Source: Candidatus Cloacimonadota bacterium (GTDB lineage Bacteria; Cloacimonadota; Cloacimonadia; JGIOTU-2). Taken from it: a stretch of DNA of 64,000 nucleotides. Position 1 is the stretch's first letter, and each line of letters begins with the position of its first letter. Positions 41,735 to 50,553 of the stretch are shown in pieces. The stretch spans positions 71,399 through 135,398 of the forward strand of contig JAFGDR010000031.1 in NCBI GenBank assembly GCA_016932035.1, in the 5' to 3' direction. The notes under the pieces are model-generated. The model saw only the letters and a program-made list of their open reading frames with translations, did no database searches and had not been told where the DNA came from. A program made the position numbers and the translations under genes.

Positions 41735-43066
41735 TCATCTCAATAAAATCATTTTATGAAATGCAGTTTCTACTCCATTAGCGATTATTTTGTAAAGATA
41801 AACACCATTGGGAACTTTTTTACCATGATTGTCTTCGCCGTTCCAAGTCACTTGGCAAAAGTATGAATGTGATGAAGAGTTATAAGAAATTTCTAAATCC
41901 GATCCGCCAGCTGACGGACTAATTCCTAATTGCTCTATCATTTGTCCTTTAATATTGTAAATTTCTATTGAAGATAATTCGTGTGAATTAGTGGTTAAAG
42001 AAAACGATAATTTTGTCGAGTTCGAGAAGGGATTCGGATAATTGCATGCAGTTATTTCTTCTTGCGGTGGCACATCTACACCAACACCCGGATAGTAGAA
42101 TCCAGCATCTTGGGGATTAACACCGACAGTGAGTGTATTAAGAAGCTCTTCAGATTCTGAATAGATATACAATCGTCCATTATTGATCCAATCCATTGAG
42201 TCACCGAGATATAATGTGCCGTCTTCATCAATTTTTATAAAACTTCCGCCACTTGCCCAGAGTTCTGATGATGAATGTATGATGGACAGATCAAGAGAAT
42301 TGTATGCCATATACCCAAGCCCGAAGCCATCGGCAAGATAAGCGGTACCATTTGGATGTATAGCGATCTTGGTTGGCGAACCTCCAATATCAAGGACAGT
42401 TATGTCATAATAATTGTTCGTGTTTATTACATAAATTTTACCCCAAACAGCAGGGCTTGTGTAGCCGTAATTACCTGTACATACAACATGTAAACGACCG
42501 AGTGCATCCACTGCTCCAAACTGAGGATTATTACCAACAGGGATCGTGTTCGTTACGATTTCAGAATTGATATCTATAACTGAAACAGTTCCAGTACTTG
42601 AGCCATAAGATGAATTCATGACATATAAATTTTCATTGAAAAGGATCATACCCTCAGGCACTGAGCCAACAGAAATAGTATTTGAAACAATATTATTCAC
42701 AAGATCGAGAACATAAACGCTATTGGTAAAAAGACCTGTTACATAAGCTTTTTGCCCATCTGGATGCAACTCCATCCAGTAAGGATTCGAACCGTTCGGA
42801 CAGTTGATATAGCCGGTTGTGGAAACTGTTTCAAGATCGATTATTTGAATGTGATGAATACCCGAGTTAACGACATATGATCTGTCTTCTTGAACAACGA
42901 TCTGGTTGGCATACTGACCGAGCTGGAGAATGTGATTTTCGAGTACTTCTGTTTCAGTATCGTATCGGGAGAGGGTTTCATCATTGCTGTTTACAATAAA
43001 AACGTCATGTGCACTAAGCCGGGTGAAGAGGAGGCAGAATACAAAGAATAATAGGAAATTTTTCAT
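41735..43066 (-). CDS. YncE/BtuG-like beta-propeller with a C-terminal FlgD-Ig / secretion-sorting-type domain
   Basis: Signal peptide MKNFLLFF (ATG 43066 with an AGAAAGG SD; the ORF-track extension to 43282 overlaps btuB). Propeller blades (VSVID, GNNPQ, GGSP) and C-terminal NYPNPF...YNIKGQ...WNG...GVYLYKI. Confidence 0.82.
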   Translation of the reverse strand: MKNFLLFFVFCLLFTRLSAHDVFIVNSNDETLSRYDTETEVLENHILQLGQYANQIVVQEDRSYVVNSGIHHIQIIDLETVSTTGYINCPNGSNPYWMELHPDGQKAYVTGLFTNSVYVLDLVNNIVSNTISVGSVPEGMILFNENLYVMNSSYGSSTGTVSVIDINSEIVTNTIPVGNNPQFGAVDALGRLHVVCTGNYGYTSPAVWGKIYVINTNNYYDITVLDIGGSPTKIAIHPNGTAYLADGFGLGYMAYNSLDLSIIHSSSELWASGGSFIKIDEDGTLYLGDSMDWINNGRLYIYSESEELLNTLTVGVNPQDAGFYYPGVGVDVPPQEEITACNYPNPFSNSTKLSFSLTTNSHELSSIEIYNIKGQMIEQLGISPSAGGSDLEISYNSSSHSYFCQVTWNGEDNHGKKVPNGVYLYKIIANGVETAFHKMILLR

Positions 43067-43076
43067 AGGAACCTTT

Positions 43077-45242
43077 CTATTTATATATGAGTTTGCAGGA
43101 GCACCCAAAACTTCTGCCGGGCGCAGGGATGTTCCTGGATGATTCATAGGATTCATCGAAGCAATTACGTATGCTGAAATGGGTTTGCAAAGTGAATTTC
43201 TTGGAAAGTGCTGCCTGGCAAGAGATTCCTGCATTGCAGACCGTGTAACCGTCAACGGTAACAGTATTGCTGAAATTGTCATATTGCCTGCCGAGATTGG
43301 TAATTGAAAGAGAGAGTTCGATAGGAAGAAGTGATACTTCTATTTCAGAGTTCAATTTGTGCAGAGGATTATGCGGGATATCCTTATTATAATGGTCACT
43401 GTTCGTGGTTTTATTTATAGGGAAAATTTTTGAGCCACTCATTGAAAGTGAAAGAAATTCAAATGGTTTCCAACCAACCGATCCAGAAAATCCGTACAAA
43501 TCTGCATCGGCAAGATTTTCAGGTTTCCAGACCCCCATCGCGCTTCTGAACCAATATATCAGATCATCGATACGATTGTACGATCCGGTCATCTCAAAAG
43601 TAAATTTCTTTGATTTCCACCTTATGATTGTTTTACCGCCAAACGATCTCTCTGGTTTCAGGTCGGGATTTCCCTGCACGCGAGAATCTCCTTTCCAGAA
43701 AAGAGACGTGAATTCGGGCATTGTGTATGAATTTCCACCAGAAAGTGTCAGCTGGAATTCTTCAGGATTACGAGGTATTTCTATTGTTACATTAGAAGAG
43801 AGGAATGAATTTTCATTTATCAAAGTATCGAATCGTAATGATGGAATGACTGAAATGCTGCTACGCGAAAGAAGTATGGGTATCGAACTTTCATAAGATG
43901 CAAATATATTATTACGGGTTTTTAAAGATATGGTTTGGGAAGGATCAAGATTGTCGTGATAGGAATATGTTTCATGCCTGTATCCGGTTTTTAGTCGGGA
44001 GCTGCACGATCCGAGAAGATGATCCAGCTGCCATGCAGCATCAAAAATTGAAGAACTATTTTCTGAGTTATATGCAAAGAAGACGTTATCGATATCGTTA
44101 AGATATTGACTGTTTGCATGTTGATAGGAGAGCACAAAATCATGTTTAGTTTCATCAGATTCAATCTGGATACTTTCTTTCAAATTGATCCGTGAAGCTT
44201 GAGCTCGTGCATGTTTGTACCACATATAATCGGTCGACTGAGCGGGAATACCTCTCTCCGCCATATACCATTGGAATGCTAAGGTCGAAGATATGTTGTG
44301 TGAAAATAAAATCACATTTTTGGTCGAGAGAGAGCTTTCGGTGATATCATTATTAATGCGCCGAATATCCTTTTGCTCCTGCTCGTTGTAATAAAGAAAA
44401 TTGTTAGACCCTTTATGCGCATAGAAATTAATACTGTTTAAAATTCTTTGGTTAGGGACACTGATATTAAGATTGGTTGAATAATTATCCCAACTGCCTG
44501 CAAAGATCGTGGTATCGTAAGAAAATTCTTTATTAGGATTCTTTGTCACAAAATTGATCGCTCCCCCCATTGCAGCATTTCCGGATACCGACGATGCATT
44601 ACCCGAAAGCACTTCTATGTGATCGATCTGTTCGAGAGGAATAGTCCCAAGCGTATTCATCGTTGGATTATTTACCGTTACTCCATCGACCAAAAGAGCA
44701 ACATGCCGCGATTTATACCCCATGATTCGTATCGATTTTTCGCCCATTGCATTTTCTTCAAGAATAATATCAGGATGTTGAGCAATCAATTCCTCGGTTT
44801 CCAAAACAGTGGTGCCTTTTGGAAGGATAACTGAGATATTGGATTGTGAAAGCGTCAGCACATTGTCTTTTTTACTCTTGACTGTCATACCTGGAATGAT
44901 TATCGGTTCAGGTTCTAGTCCAATAATTGCATAACGAATTTTCGGTTCAAATATGTAATGTTTATTTCTATATCCAATACTTGATAGTGATAATTCCAAT
45001 GATTCTTTATATGGATGTGGATCGATATTAAAACATCCCTCCTCATCGGTAAGAATTATCTCACCGGTTTTAATTATTTCAATGCACACATAGGGTATCG
45101 AGCTGTAGTCTTTTAAAGATATAATTCTCCCACCTATCTTGGAGCTTACCCTGCAGAAAACAATCGAAGGTATAATGAGAAAGAGAATTAGGCAGAGAAA
45201 TTTACACTTTATCAGTCTCATGAGCATAATTGTAGAGTACAT
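43077..45242 (-). CDS. btuB: TonB-dependent receptor, putative cobalamin transporter
   Basis: N-terminal carboxypeptidase-like domain, plug (SIRIMG...LLVDGV...IDHIEVLSG...GGAINFVT), NPDLKPERS, IRNCFDESY...PGRSF; sits in the cobalamin-riboswitch gene set. Confidence 0.8.
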   Translation of the reverse strand: MYSTIMLMRLIKCKFLCLILFLIIPSIVFCRVSSKIGGRIISLKDYSSIPYVCIEIIKTGEIILTDEEGCFNIDPHPYKESLELSLSSIGYRNKHYIFEPKIRYAIIGLEPEPIIIPGMTVKSKKDNVLTLSQSNISVILPKGTTVLETEELIAQHPDIILEENAMGEKSIRIMGYKSRHVALLVDGVTVNNPTMNTLGTIPLEQIDHIEVLSGNASSVSGNAAMGGAINFVTKNPNKEFSYDTTIFAGSWDNYSTNLNISVPNQRILNSINFYAHKGSNNFLYYNEQEQKDIRRINNDITESSLSTKNVILFSHNISSTLAFQWYMAERGIPAQSTDYMWYKHARAQASRINLKESIQIESDETKHDFVLSYQHANSQYLNDIDNVFFAYNSENSSSIFDAAWQLDHLLGSCSSRLKTGYRHETYSYHDNLDPSQTISLKTRNNIFASYESSIPILLSRSSISVIPSLRFDTLINENSFLSSNVTIEIPRNPEEFQLTLSGGNSYTMPEFTSLFWKGDSRVQGNPDLKPERSFGGKTIIRWKSKKFTFEMTGSYNRIDDLIYWFRSAMGVWKPENLADADLYGFSGSVGWKPFEFLSLSMSGSKIFPINKTTNSDHYNKDIPHNPLHKLNSEIEVSLLPIELSLSITNLGRQYDNFSNTVTVDGYTVCNAGISCQAALSKKFTLQTHFSIRNCFDESYESSRNIPAPGRSFGCSCKLIYK

Positions 45243-45993
45243 TTGGCTTGCCAGTAAAAGGATTTATCGTCACCTCGATTGGCACATGAAAAACAGTCTT
45301 AAGAATATCTTTCCTCAATATGTCTTCTGTTTTTCCGTATGCGATTATCCTTCCTTTATCGAGGATAAGGATCTTGTTACAGAATTCGGCAGCAAGGTTG
45401 ATATTATGGGAGACTGCGAGGATCGTCTTTTTCTGAATTACATTTTGTTTTTTAAGAAGCGAGTATATGCCGATTTGGTGATGGATGTCGAGATGGGATG
45501 CCGGTTCGTCAAAAAGAAGAATGTCTGTATTCTGGTTGAGAGCTCTCGCTATCATAATAAGCTGGAATTCTCCTCCGCTTAATTCGCTGAGATATCTATC
45601 TGCGAGATGTTCAATGCCAAGTTCCTGTAGGATAGCTTCAGTTTGCGCAATATGTTCCTGTGTATAATTCTGCCAGAAACCAAGATAGGGATACTTTCCC
45701 ATCAGAACAACATCCATGACCGTAAAATCAAATTCGAAATGAGGTTGCTGAACCACAACTGAGATCTGCTTTGCTCGTTCAAGATGAGAATATGCATGAA
45801 GTTGTTTGTTTTTAATAATAATTTTTCCCTTGTATGTATCTAAAAACCCGCACATGCATTTCAGGAGTGTTGATTTTCCTGCGCCATTCGGACCGATCAC
45901 ACCAATAAAATCATGAGCATCGACATCGAAGGAAATGCCCGTGAGAACTGGATTTTCCGTATATGCAAAAAATAAATCAGAAATAAGTATCAT
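45202..45993 (-). CDS. btuD: Cobalamin/iron-chelate ABC transporter ATP-binding subunit
   Basis: GPNGAGKST, LSGGEFQ, LLFDEPASHLD, SHNINLA. Confidence 0.85.
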   Translation of the reverse strand: MILISDLFFAYTENPVLTGISFDVDAHDFIGVIGPNGAGKSTLLKCMCGFLDTYKGKIIIKNKQLHAYSHLERAKQISVVVQQPHFEFDFTVMDVVLMGKYPYLGFWQNYTQEHIAQTEAILQELGIEHLADRYLSELSGGEFQLIMIARALNQNTDILLFDEPASHLDIHHQIGIYSLLKKQNVIQKKTILAVSHNINLAAEFCNKILILDKGRIIAYGKTEDILRKDILKTVFHVPIEVTINPFTGKPNVLYNYAHETDKV

Positions 45994-46000
45994 TTTTTTA

Positions 46001-46029
46001 TTGACGTTAATATACTTGTTTTGTATGTT
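46001..46029 (+). promoter_or_regulatory. Sigma70-type promoter of rrf2-iscS-iscU with an overlapping inverted repeat (putative Rrf2 operator)
   Basis: TTGACG-N17-TATGTT. The inverted repeat AATATAC-N7-GTATGTT (46009-46029) overlaps the spacer and the -10 box. Confidence 0.55.
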
Positions 46030-46057
46030 TTAATAAAATATGATCATGGAGGTCATA

Positions 46058-46465
46058 ATGAAAATATCGATAGACACCGATTACAGTTTGCGAGCTCTTC
46101 AGGAACTTGCATACCAGGATAAAGAATATCCTTACTCTATTGTTAAAATCGCAACAGCGAGAAAAATTCCTCATAAGTATCTTGAGAAATTGTTCAGAAG
46201 ATTGAGGATGGCAGGCATTGTTACATCTGTTAAAGGGCGCAAGGGAGGATACAGACTCAGCCGAGATCCTTCGAAGATAACGACAAAAGATATTATCAAG
46301 GCAGTTGATGGAAGAACAAATATTCACAGTTGCAACGACCGAAAGAGCGAAAAACTCTGTGAGTTTGTTGATGAATGCTCGTTCCAGGATTTTTGGAATA
46401 ATTTTAATACTCATATTAATGACTTTCTTGATTCTTATACTTTAGCTGATTTTCTTGAAAAATAG
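46058..46465 (+). CDS. Rrf2 family transcriptional regulator (IscR-like)
   Basis: YSLRALQELA, IPHKYLEK, GRKGGYRL, and three Cys (C..C..C) of the Fe-S site. Start set at ATG 46058 after GGAGG. Confidence 0.9.
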   Translation: MKISIDTDYSLRALQELAYQDKEYPYSIVKIATARKIPHKYLEKLFRRLRMAGIVTSVKGRKGGYRLSRDPSKITTKDIIKAVDGRTNIHSCNDRKSEKLCEFVDECSFQDFWNNFNTHINDFLDSYTLADFLEK

Positions 46466-46473
46466 CGGAGTGT

Positions 46474-47658
46474 GTGATGAGCGAAAAGGAAGTATATCTC
46501 GATAGCTGCAAAACGTCCAAACTTGCACCGGAAGTACTCGAAGCTATGATGCCTTATATGACGGATAAATACTGGTATCCGGGTTCTTTTACAAGTATTG
46601 GAACAGAGATAGCTGAAGTAATTGAAGATGCACAGGCACGGGTTGCAGATTCGATGAATGCTGAACCGGAAGAGATAACCTTCACATCTGGTGGTACTGA
46701 TGCTAATAATATTGCGATCCAGGGTATCATGCAGGCAAATAAAGATCGGGGAAAGCATTTCATCTGTTCGACTGTTTCACATCCATCAGTGCTGGCTGTA
46801 TTTCAGGGCTTGGAAAAACAGGGCTTTGAAGGAACCTATATTTCTGCAAATAAGGACGGCTATCTGAACCTTGAAGAATTGAAAGCAGCGATCAGACCTG
46901 ATACCGTGCTTGCTGCATTTACGCACATCAATCATATTCTTGGTACAATACAGGATGCAAAAGCAATTCGGGATATACTTGACCAGGCAGATCAAAAGAT
47001 CTACCTTTTCATGGATTCATGCGAAGCTTATACAAAAATCCCTCTCGATGTGAATGAGCTTGGAATCGATGCACTTTCTATTTCAGTTCATAAATTCAAT
47101 GGACCCAAATGCATGGGAATTCTCTATGTCAAAAAAGGAACGAAGATCATTCCGACGCAGTTTGGCATTGTACGGTTGTACAAGCTCAAACCAGGTGCGA
47201 TCAATATTCCGGGTATTGTAGGAGCTGCAAAAGCAGTCGAGTTAGCATTCACTGATTTTGATATACAGATAGCACATTACAGGGAACTCCAGAAGTTGCT
47301 CTATGATGAGATAATGAGAAGAATTCCTGACGTGGTTTTGAATGGACCTCCGCTGGGAGAACGAAGTCCGGCACATCTGAATATAACCTTCAGATACATT
47401 GAAGGTGAAGCCATCATGATGATGCTCGATTTTGATAATATCCATGTCGAGACAGGTTCAGCATGCTCTTCACAAAATCTGCAACCAAATTATATTCTGA
47501 TGAATACGGGTAGAACTCATGAGGAATCACATGGGTCAGTACGTTTTACGCTGGATCGGTTTGTGACAAAGGAAGGTATTCTTAAAACCGTGGATGCGCT
47601 TGAGAAAACAGCAAAAGAACTTCGTAGAAGAAGTCCCCTTGGTAAGAAGGAGCAATAA
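46474..47658 (+). CDS. iscS: Cysteine desulfurase (IscS/NifS family, divergent)
   Basis: FTSGGTDANN, PLP lysine SVHKFNGPK, catalytic TGSACSS, GSVRF. Confidence 0.88.
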   Translation: MMSEKEVYLDSCKTSKLAPEVLEAMMPYMTDKYWYPGSFTSIGTEIAEVIEDAQARVADSMNAEPEEITFTSGGTDANNIAIQGIMQANKDRGKHFICSTVSHPSVLAVFQGLEKQGFEGTYISANKDGYLNLEELKAAIRPDTVLAAFTHINHILGTIQDAKAIRDILDQADQKIYLFMDSCEAYTKIPLDVNELGIDALSISVHKFNGPKCMGILYVKKGTKIIPTQFGIVRLYKLKPGAINIPGIVGAAKAVELAFTDFDIQIAHYRELQKLLYDEIMRRIPDVVLNGPPLGERSPAHLNITFRYIEGEAIMMMLDFDNIHVETGSACSSQNLQPNYILMNTGRTHEESHGSVRFTLDRFVTKEGILKTVDALEKTAKELRRRSPLGKKEQ

Positions 47659-48293
47659 TGGCTATCAAATATTCGGAATTGGTGATCGAGCATTTTAAGA
47701 ATCCTCATAATGTGGGAACATTAGAAAAACCTGATGCGTCTGCCACAGAGGGGAGTCCCGCTTGCGGTGATCAGTTAACCGTTTATCTGAAGGTAAATCC
47801 AGAAACGCAGGTCATTGAAGATATTAAATTTCAATCCTATGGATGTGCTTCTAATATTGCAACAGCATCGATTATAACAGACCTTGCTCTGGGTAAAACA
47901 CTGAAGGAAGCAAAAGAGATCTCCTGGAAACAGGCGGCTGAAGAACTCGGTGGTCTCCCGCCCGTTAAGATGCACTGCTCAGTCCTTGCTGTCGATGCAC
48001 TTCGTTCTGCGATAAAGGATTGGGAACACAAACATCTTGGCAAAGAGCTCGATGATAATCTTACAAAGAAGAATCTCGTAAAAGAATTACAGAAAGTGAT
48101 CTATGGCAAAGTCGGAGTAGACATCGTAAGCTTAAGGCTGCTCAAGTATGTAGGCATCGATGACAATAAGAATGTACTGATTGAGCTGGCAATCCAGAAG
48201 GATGATCCCTTTATCGATGACCTGAAACATGAGATCAACGAACGTATGGAGAAATTTCCGGATATTGCATCAGTGAAGATTTCGCTCGTATAG
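47658..48293 (+). CDS. iscU: IscU/NifU-N scaffold with an extra C-terminal domain (DUF59/MIP18-like)
   Basis: EHFKNPHN, SPACGD, SYGC, PPVKMHC, followed by about 80 extra aa containing VDIVSLRLL. Confidence 0.88.
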   Translation: MAIKYSELVIEHFKNPHNVGTLEKPDASATEGSPACGDQLTVYLKVNPETQVIEDIKFQSYGCASNIATASIITDLALGKTLKEAKEISWKQAAEELGGLPPVKMHCSVLAVDALRSAIKDWEHKHLGKELDDNLTKKNLVKELQKVIYGKVGVDIVSLRLLKYVGIDDNKNVLIELAIQKDDPFIDDLKHEINERMEKFPDIASVKISLV

Positions 48294-48339
48294 CGAAACC
48301 GGATGCTCATCAACACACTATATAGCTAAAAAGAACGAT

Positions 48340-49287
48340 TTATTTTTTCTTTAACAAATATACAAAAAACGGTGCACCAAAAAGTGCGGTAATAACCCCA
48401 ACAGGGATTTCGATTACAAGCACAGAACGTGCTATAGTATCACACAGAACAAGGAATGTTGCACCAAGCAGAGCGGAAAGCGGAAGCGTGTAACGATTAT
48501 CCGACCCGATCAAAAGACGCGCTATATGCGGAATGATCAAACCAACAAAGCCGATAATCCCGACGAAAGATACGATTATACCAACGAGGAATGAAGTGAG
48601 AATAAAAAGATACTTTCGCGTTTTATAGACATTTACACCGAGCGTTTCTGCTGAATAATCTCCCATTGAAAGGACATTTAGTCTTACAGAAAAGAAGCAG
48701 AGAACAGCCACTCCGACGATTGAACATCCAACAATAATCCAGAGCAGAAAAGCATTGGAATGTGAGAAAATAAATCCAAGATTTCCCATAAGAATTGAGA
48801 AAATCTGCGCCAGGTCTTTATGAAAAACACTCATCAAAAATGCAATGATCGCAGAAAAGAACATGTTGACGATCACACCAGAGAGGATAAGTCGGGTTTT
48901 GTCTACGTGCCTTTGTTTTTGTGCTATCTTCCAGACAAGTATCATTGTTACAAGTGCACCAAGAAAACCGAAAATGGGCATAAGGTAAACTTTTTTTAAG
49001 AGAAGCCCGATGATGCTGCCAAGTGCTGCACCGGAAGAAATACCAAGAAGATAAGGTTCTGCAAGAGGATTGTGAAGCATGCCCTGAAGCACACCACCGG
49101 TCGATGCAAGAATGAGTCCTGCTGCAATACCGAGAAGAATTCGCGGAAGACGTATATTGAAAAGAATATTTCTGCCGATTTCTGATAGAGAAAAAAGATT
49201 TACTGAACTTCCCCCGATCTGTAACGATATAAAGACGACAATGAGGAGTGCTATAAAAGCAAAAACAAGGTAAAGTTTTTTATTCAT
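48340..49287 (-). CDS. btuC: Cobalamin/iron-chelate ABC transporter permease (FecCD family)
   Basis: IRLPRI, NPLAEPYLLGISSGA, GIIGFVGLIIPHIAR, GAPFF. Start set at ATG 49287. Confidence 0.88.
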   Translation of the reverse strand: MNKKLYLVFAFIALLIVVFISLQIGGSSVNLFSLSEIGRNILFNIRLPRILLGIAAGLILASTGGVLQGMLHNPLAEPYLLGISSGAALGSIIGLLLKKVYLMPIFGFLGALVTMILVWKIAQKQRHVDKTRLILSGVIVNMFFSAIIAFLMSVFHKDLAQIFSILMGNLGFIFSHSNAFLLWIIVGCSIVGVAVLCFFSVRLNVLSMGDYSAETLGVNVYKTRKYLFILTSFLVGIIVSFVGIIGFVGLIIPHIARLLIGSDNRYTLPLSALLGATFLVLCDTIARSVLVIEIPVGVITALFGAPFFVYLLKKK

Positions 49288-50107
49288 TTTGCTTAGACAA
49301 TTCTGAAAGTTTTTGAATGCCCTGTACAACTCTCGGACCAGCTCGAAGGAGCAGATCAGGATCGATATCTTCTGTTGTGTATATGTTGTTTGTCTTTACT
49401 GCTGAGATGGTTTGCCATCCAAGCCTGCTTGTGATATCCTTCTTTGTTGCATTCGGATAGGTGATGATAATAATATCAGGATCGAGTTTCACGATATTTT
49501 CTGATGAGACAGCACAGTATTCTCGCGGCAATTCAGGGAAGATATTTTCAAGACCAGTTGCTCGAAGAAGGTCTCCAACAAAGGAACCTGAAGACGCAGT
49601 CATAAGAGGTTTGTTGTATATTTCAATATAAACGGATGGCTTATTGGTTAGTTTTGGAATTTTCTCGATTTTCTGCTGCATGTATTGAACAAGTGAATCA
49701 GCTTCTTGGTCATGATGAAGAAGTTCACCTACCGAGACTATTGTTTCGTATAATGATGTTAATGATGAAGGAAAGAAGCGAAAAACCTCCATTCCGAGTT
49801 TCTCAAGTTGATGGGATAGTATCTCCTGTTCCATACCTGTACAAAGTACTGCATCCGGTTCTAGTGCAGCGATCTTTTCGATGCTTGGTGAGCTGAAGCT
49901 GCCAACAGAATTTATTTCATGTAACTCATCCGGGTAGTCACACTCCAGCACGATACCGATTATGTGTTCCTCAGCACCGAGCACACAGATTATCTCTGCC
50001 AGTTCGGGAGATAGCACAACAATCCGGGGATGTGGTGCATTTACAGGTTGGCGGCCAGTACAACTCAGCATGAAGATTAGAAAAACCAGGATAATACTTT
50101 TTTTCAT
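49280..50107 (-). CDS. btuF: Cobalamin-binding lipoprotein (periplasmic binding protein)
   Basis: Lipobox MLSC, RIVVLSPELAEI, PSIEKIAALEPD, RAGPR; first gene under the riboswitch. Confidence 0.88.
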   Translation of the reverse strand: MKKSIILVFLIFMLSCTGRQPVNAPHPRIVVLSPELAEIICVLGAEEHIIGIVLECDYPDELHEINSVGSFSSPSIEKIAALEPDAVLCTGMEQEILSHQLEKLGMEVFRFFPSSLTSLYETIVSVGELLHHDQEADSLVQYMQQKIEKIPKLTNKPSVYIEIYNKPLMTASSGSFVGDLLRATGLENIFPELPREYCAVSSENIVKLDPDIIIITYPNATKKDITSRLGWQTISAVKTNNIYTTEDIDPDLLLRAGPRVVQGIQKLSELSKQNE

Positions 50108-50108
50108 G

Positions 50109-50139
50109 AAAAAAACCCAATCTCGGTGGAAATTGGGTT
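50109..50139 (-). terminator. Riboswitch expression-platform terminator directly abutting the btuF ATG
   Basis: Minus strand AACCCAAT-N10-ATTGGGTT then a U run, one C, and the ATG. Confidence 0.7.
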
Positions 50140-50190
50140 CTCATTGTATGAGAATTATTTCTTCCACCGAAAAATAATCGTCTAATACAT

Positions 50191-50362
50191 AAGGCAGGTT
50201 TCCTGGCTTACAGCGAAACGAGGATGCCTTCCCATTCCCAATTGATCGGGATCAGTGACGTCTCCTCTTGAAGATGCTGATTACAGTGGCGGGGACCGCT
50301 TCCGATTTTCACGGAATTCCCTCTTGGTATTATGCCAATAGCACGCACACAAGCACCTTATA
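50191..50362 (-). ncRNA. Cobalamin (AdoCbl) riboswitch
   Basis: Minus strand contains AAGGTGC...AAGAGGGAATTCCGTGAAAATCGGAAGCGGTCCCCGCCACTGT...GTCACTG...GGGAAGG...AAGCCAGGAAACCTGCC (B12 box), upstream of btuF. Confidence 0.95.
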
Positions 50363-50553
50363 TATTACACACTATTATAGTTGGATTGGAAAGATATGAA
50401 GAATGGTTGTCAAATATCTTGGGATATTAGTTTGGTTGTGAAAAGAAATCTTTCAGGAGTATGATATTGTTTATGTTACTATTTAAATAACAGAAAACAC
50501 AGAAATTTTGGAAGTTATTGTGAAGCAAATTTGTCGTGAATTACCTTGTAATT

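Noticed and set aside
43067-43282. 72-aa N-terminal extension of the propeller ORF in the track
   Set aside because: It overlaps the btuB 3' end. A signal peptide and SD mark ATG 43066 as the start. Similar extensions were trimmed for pilB, atpD, btuC, the EIIA gene and others.
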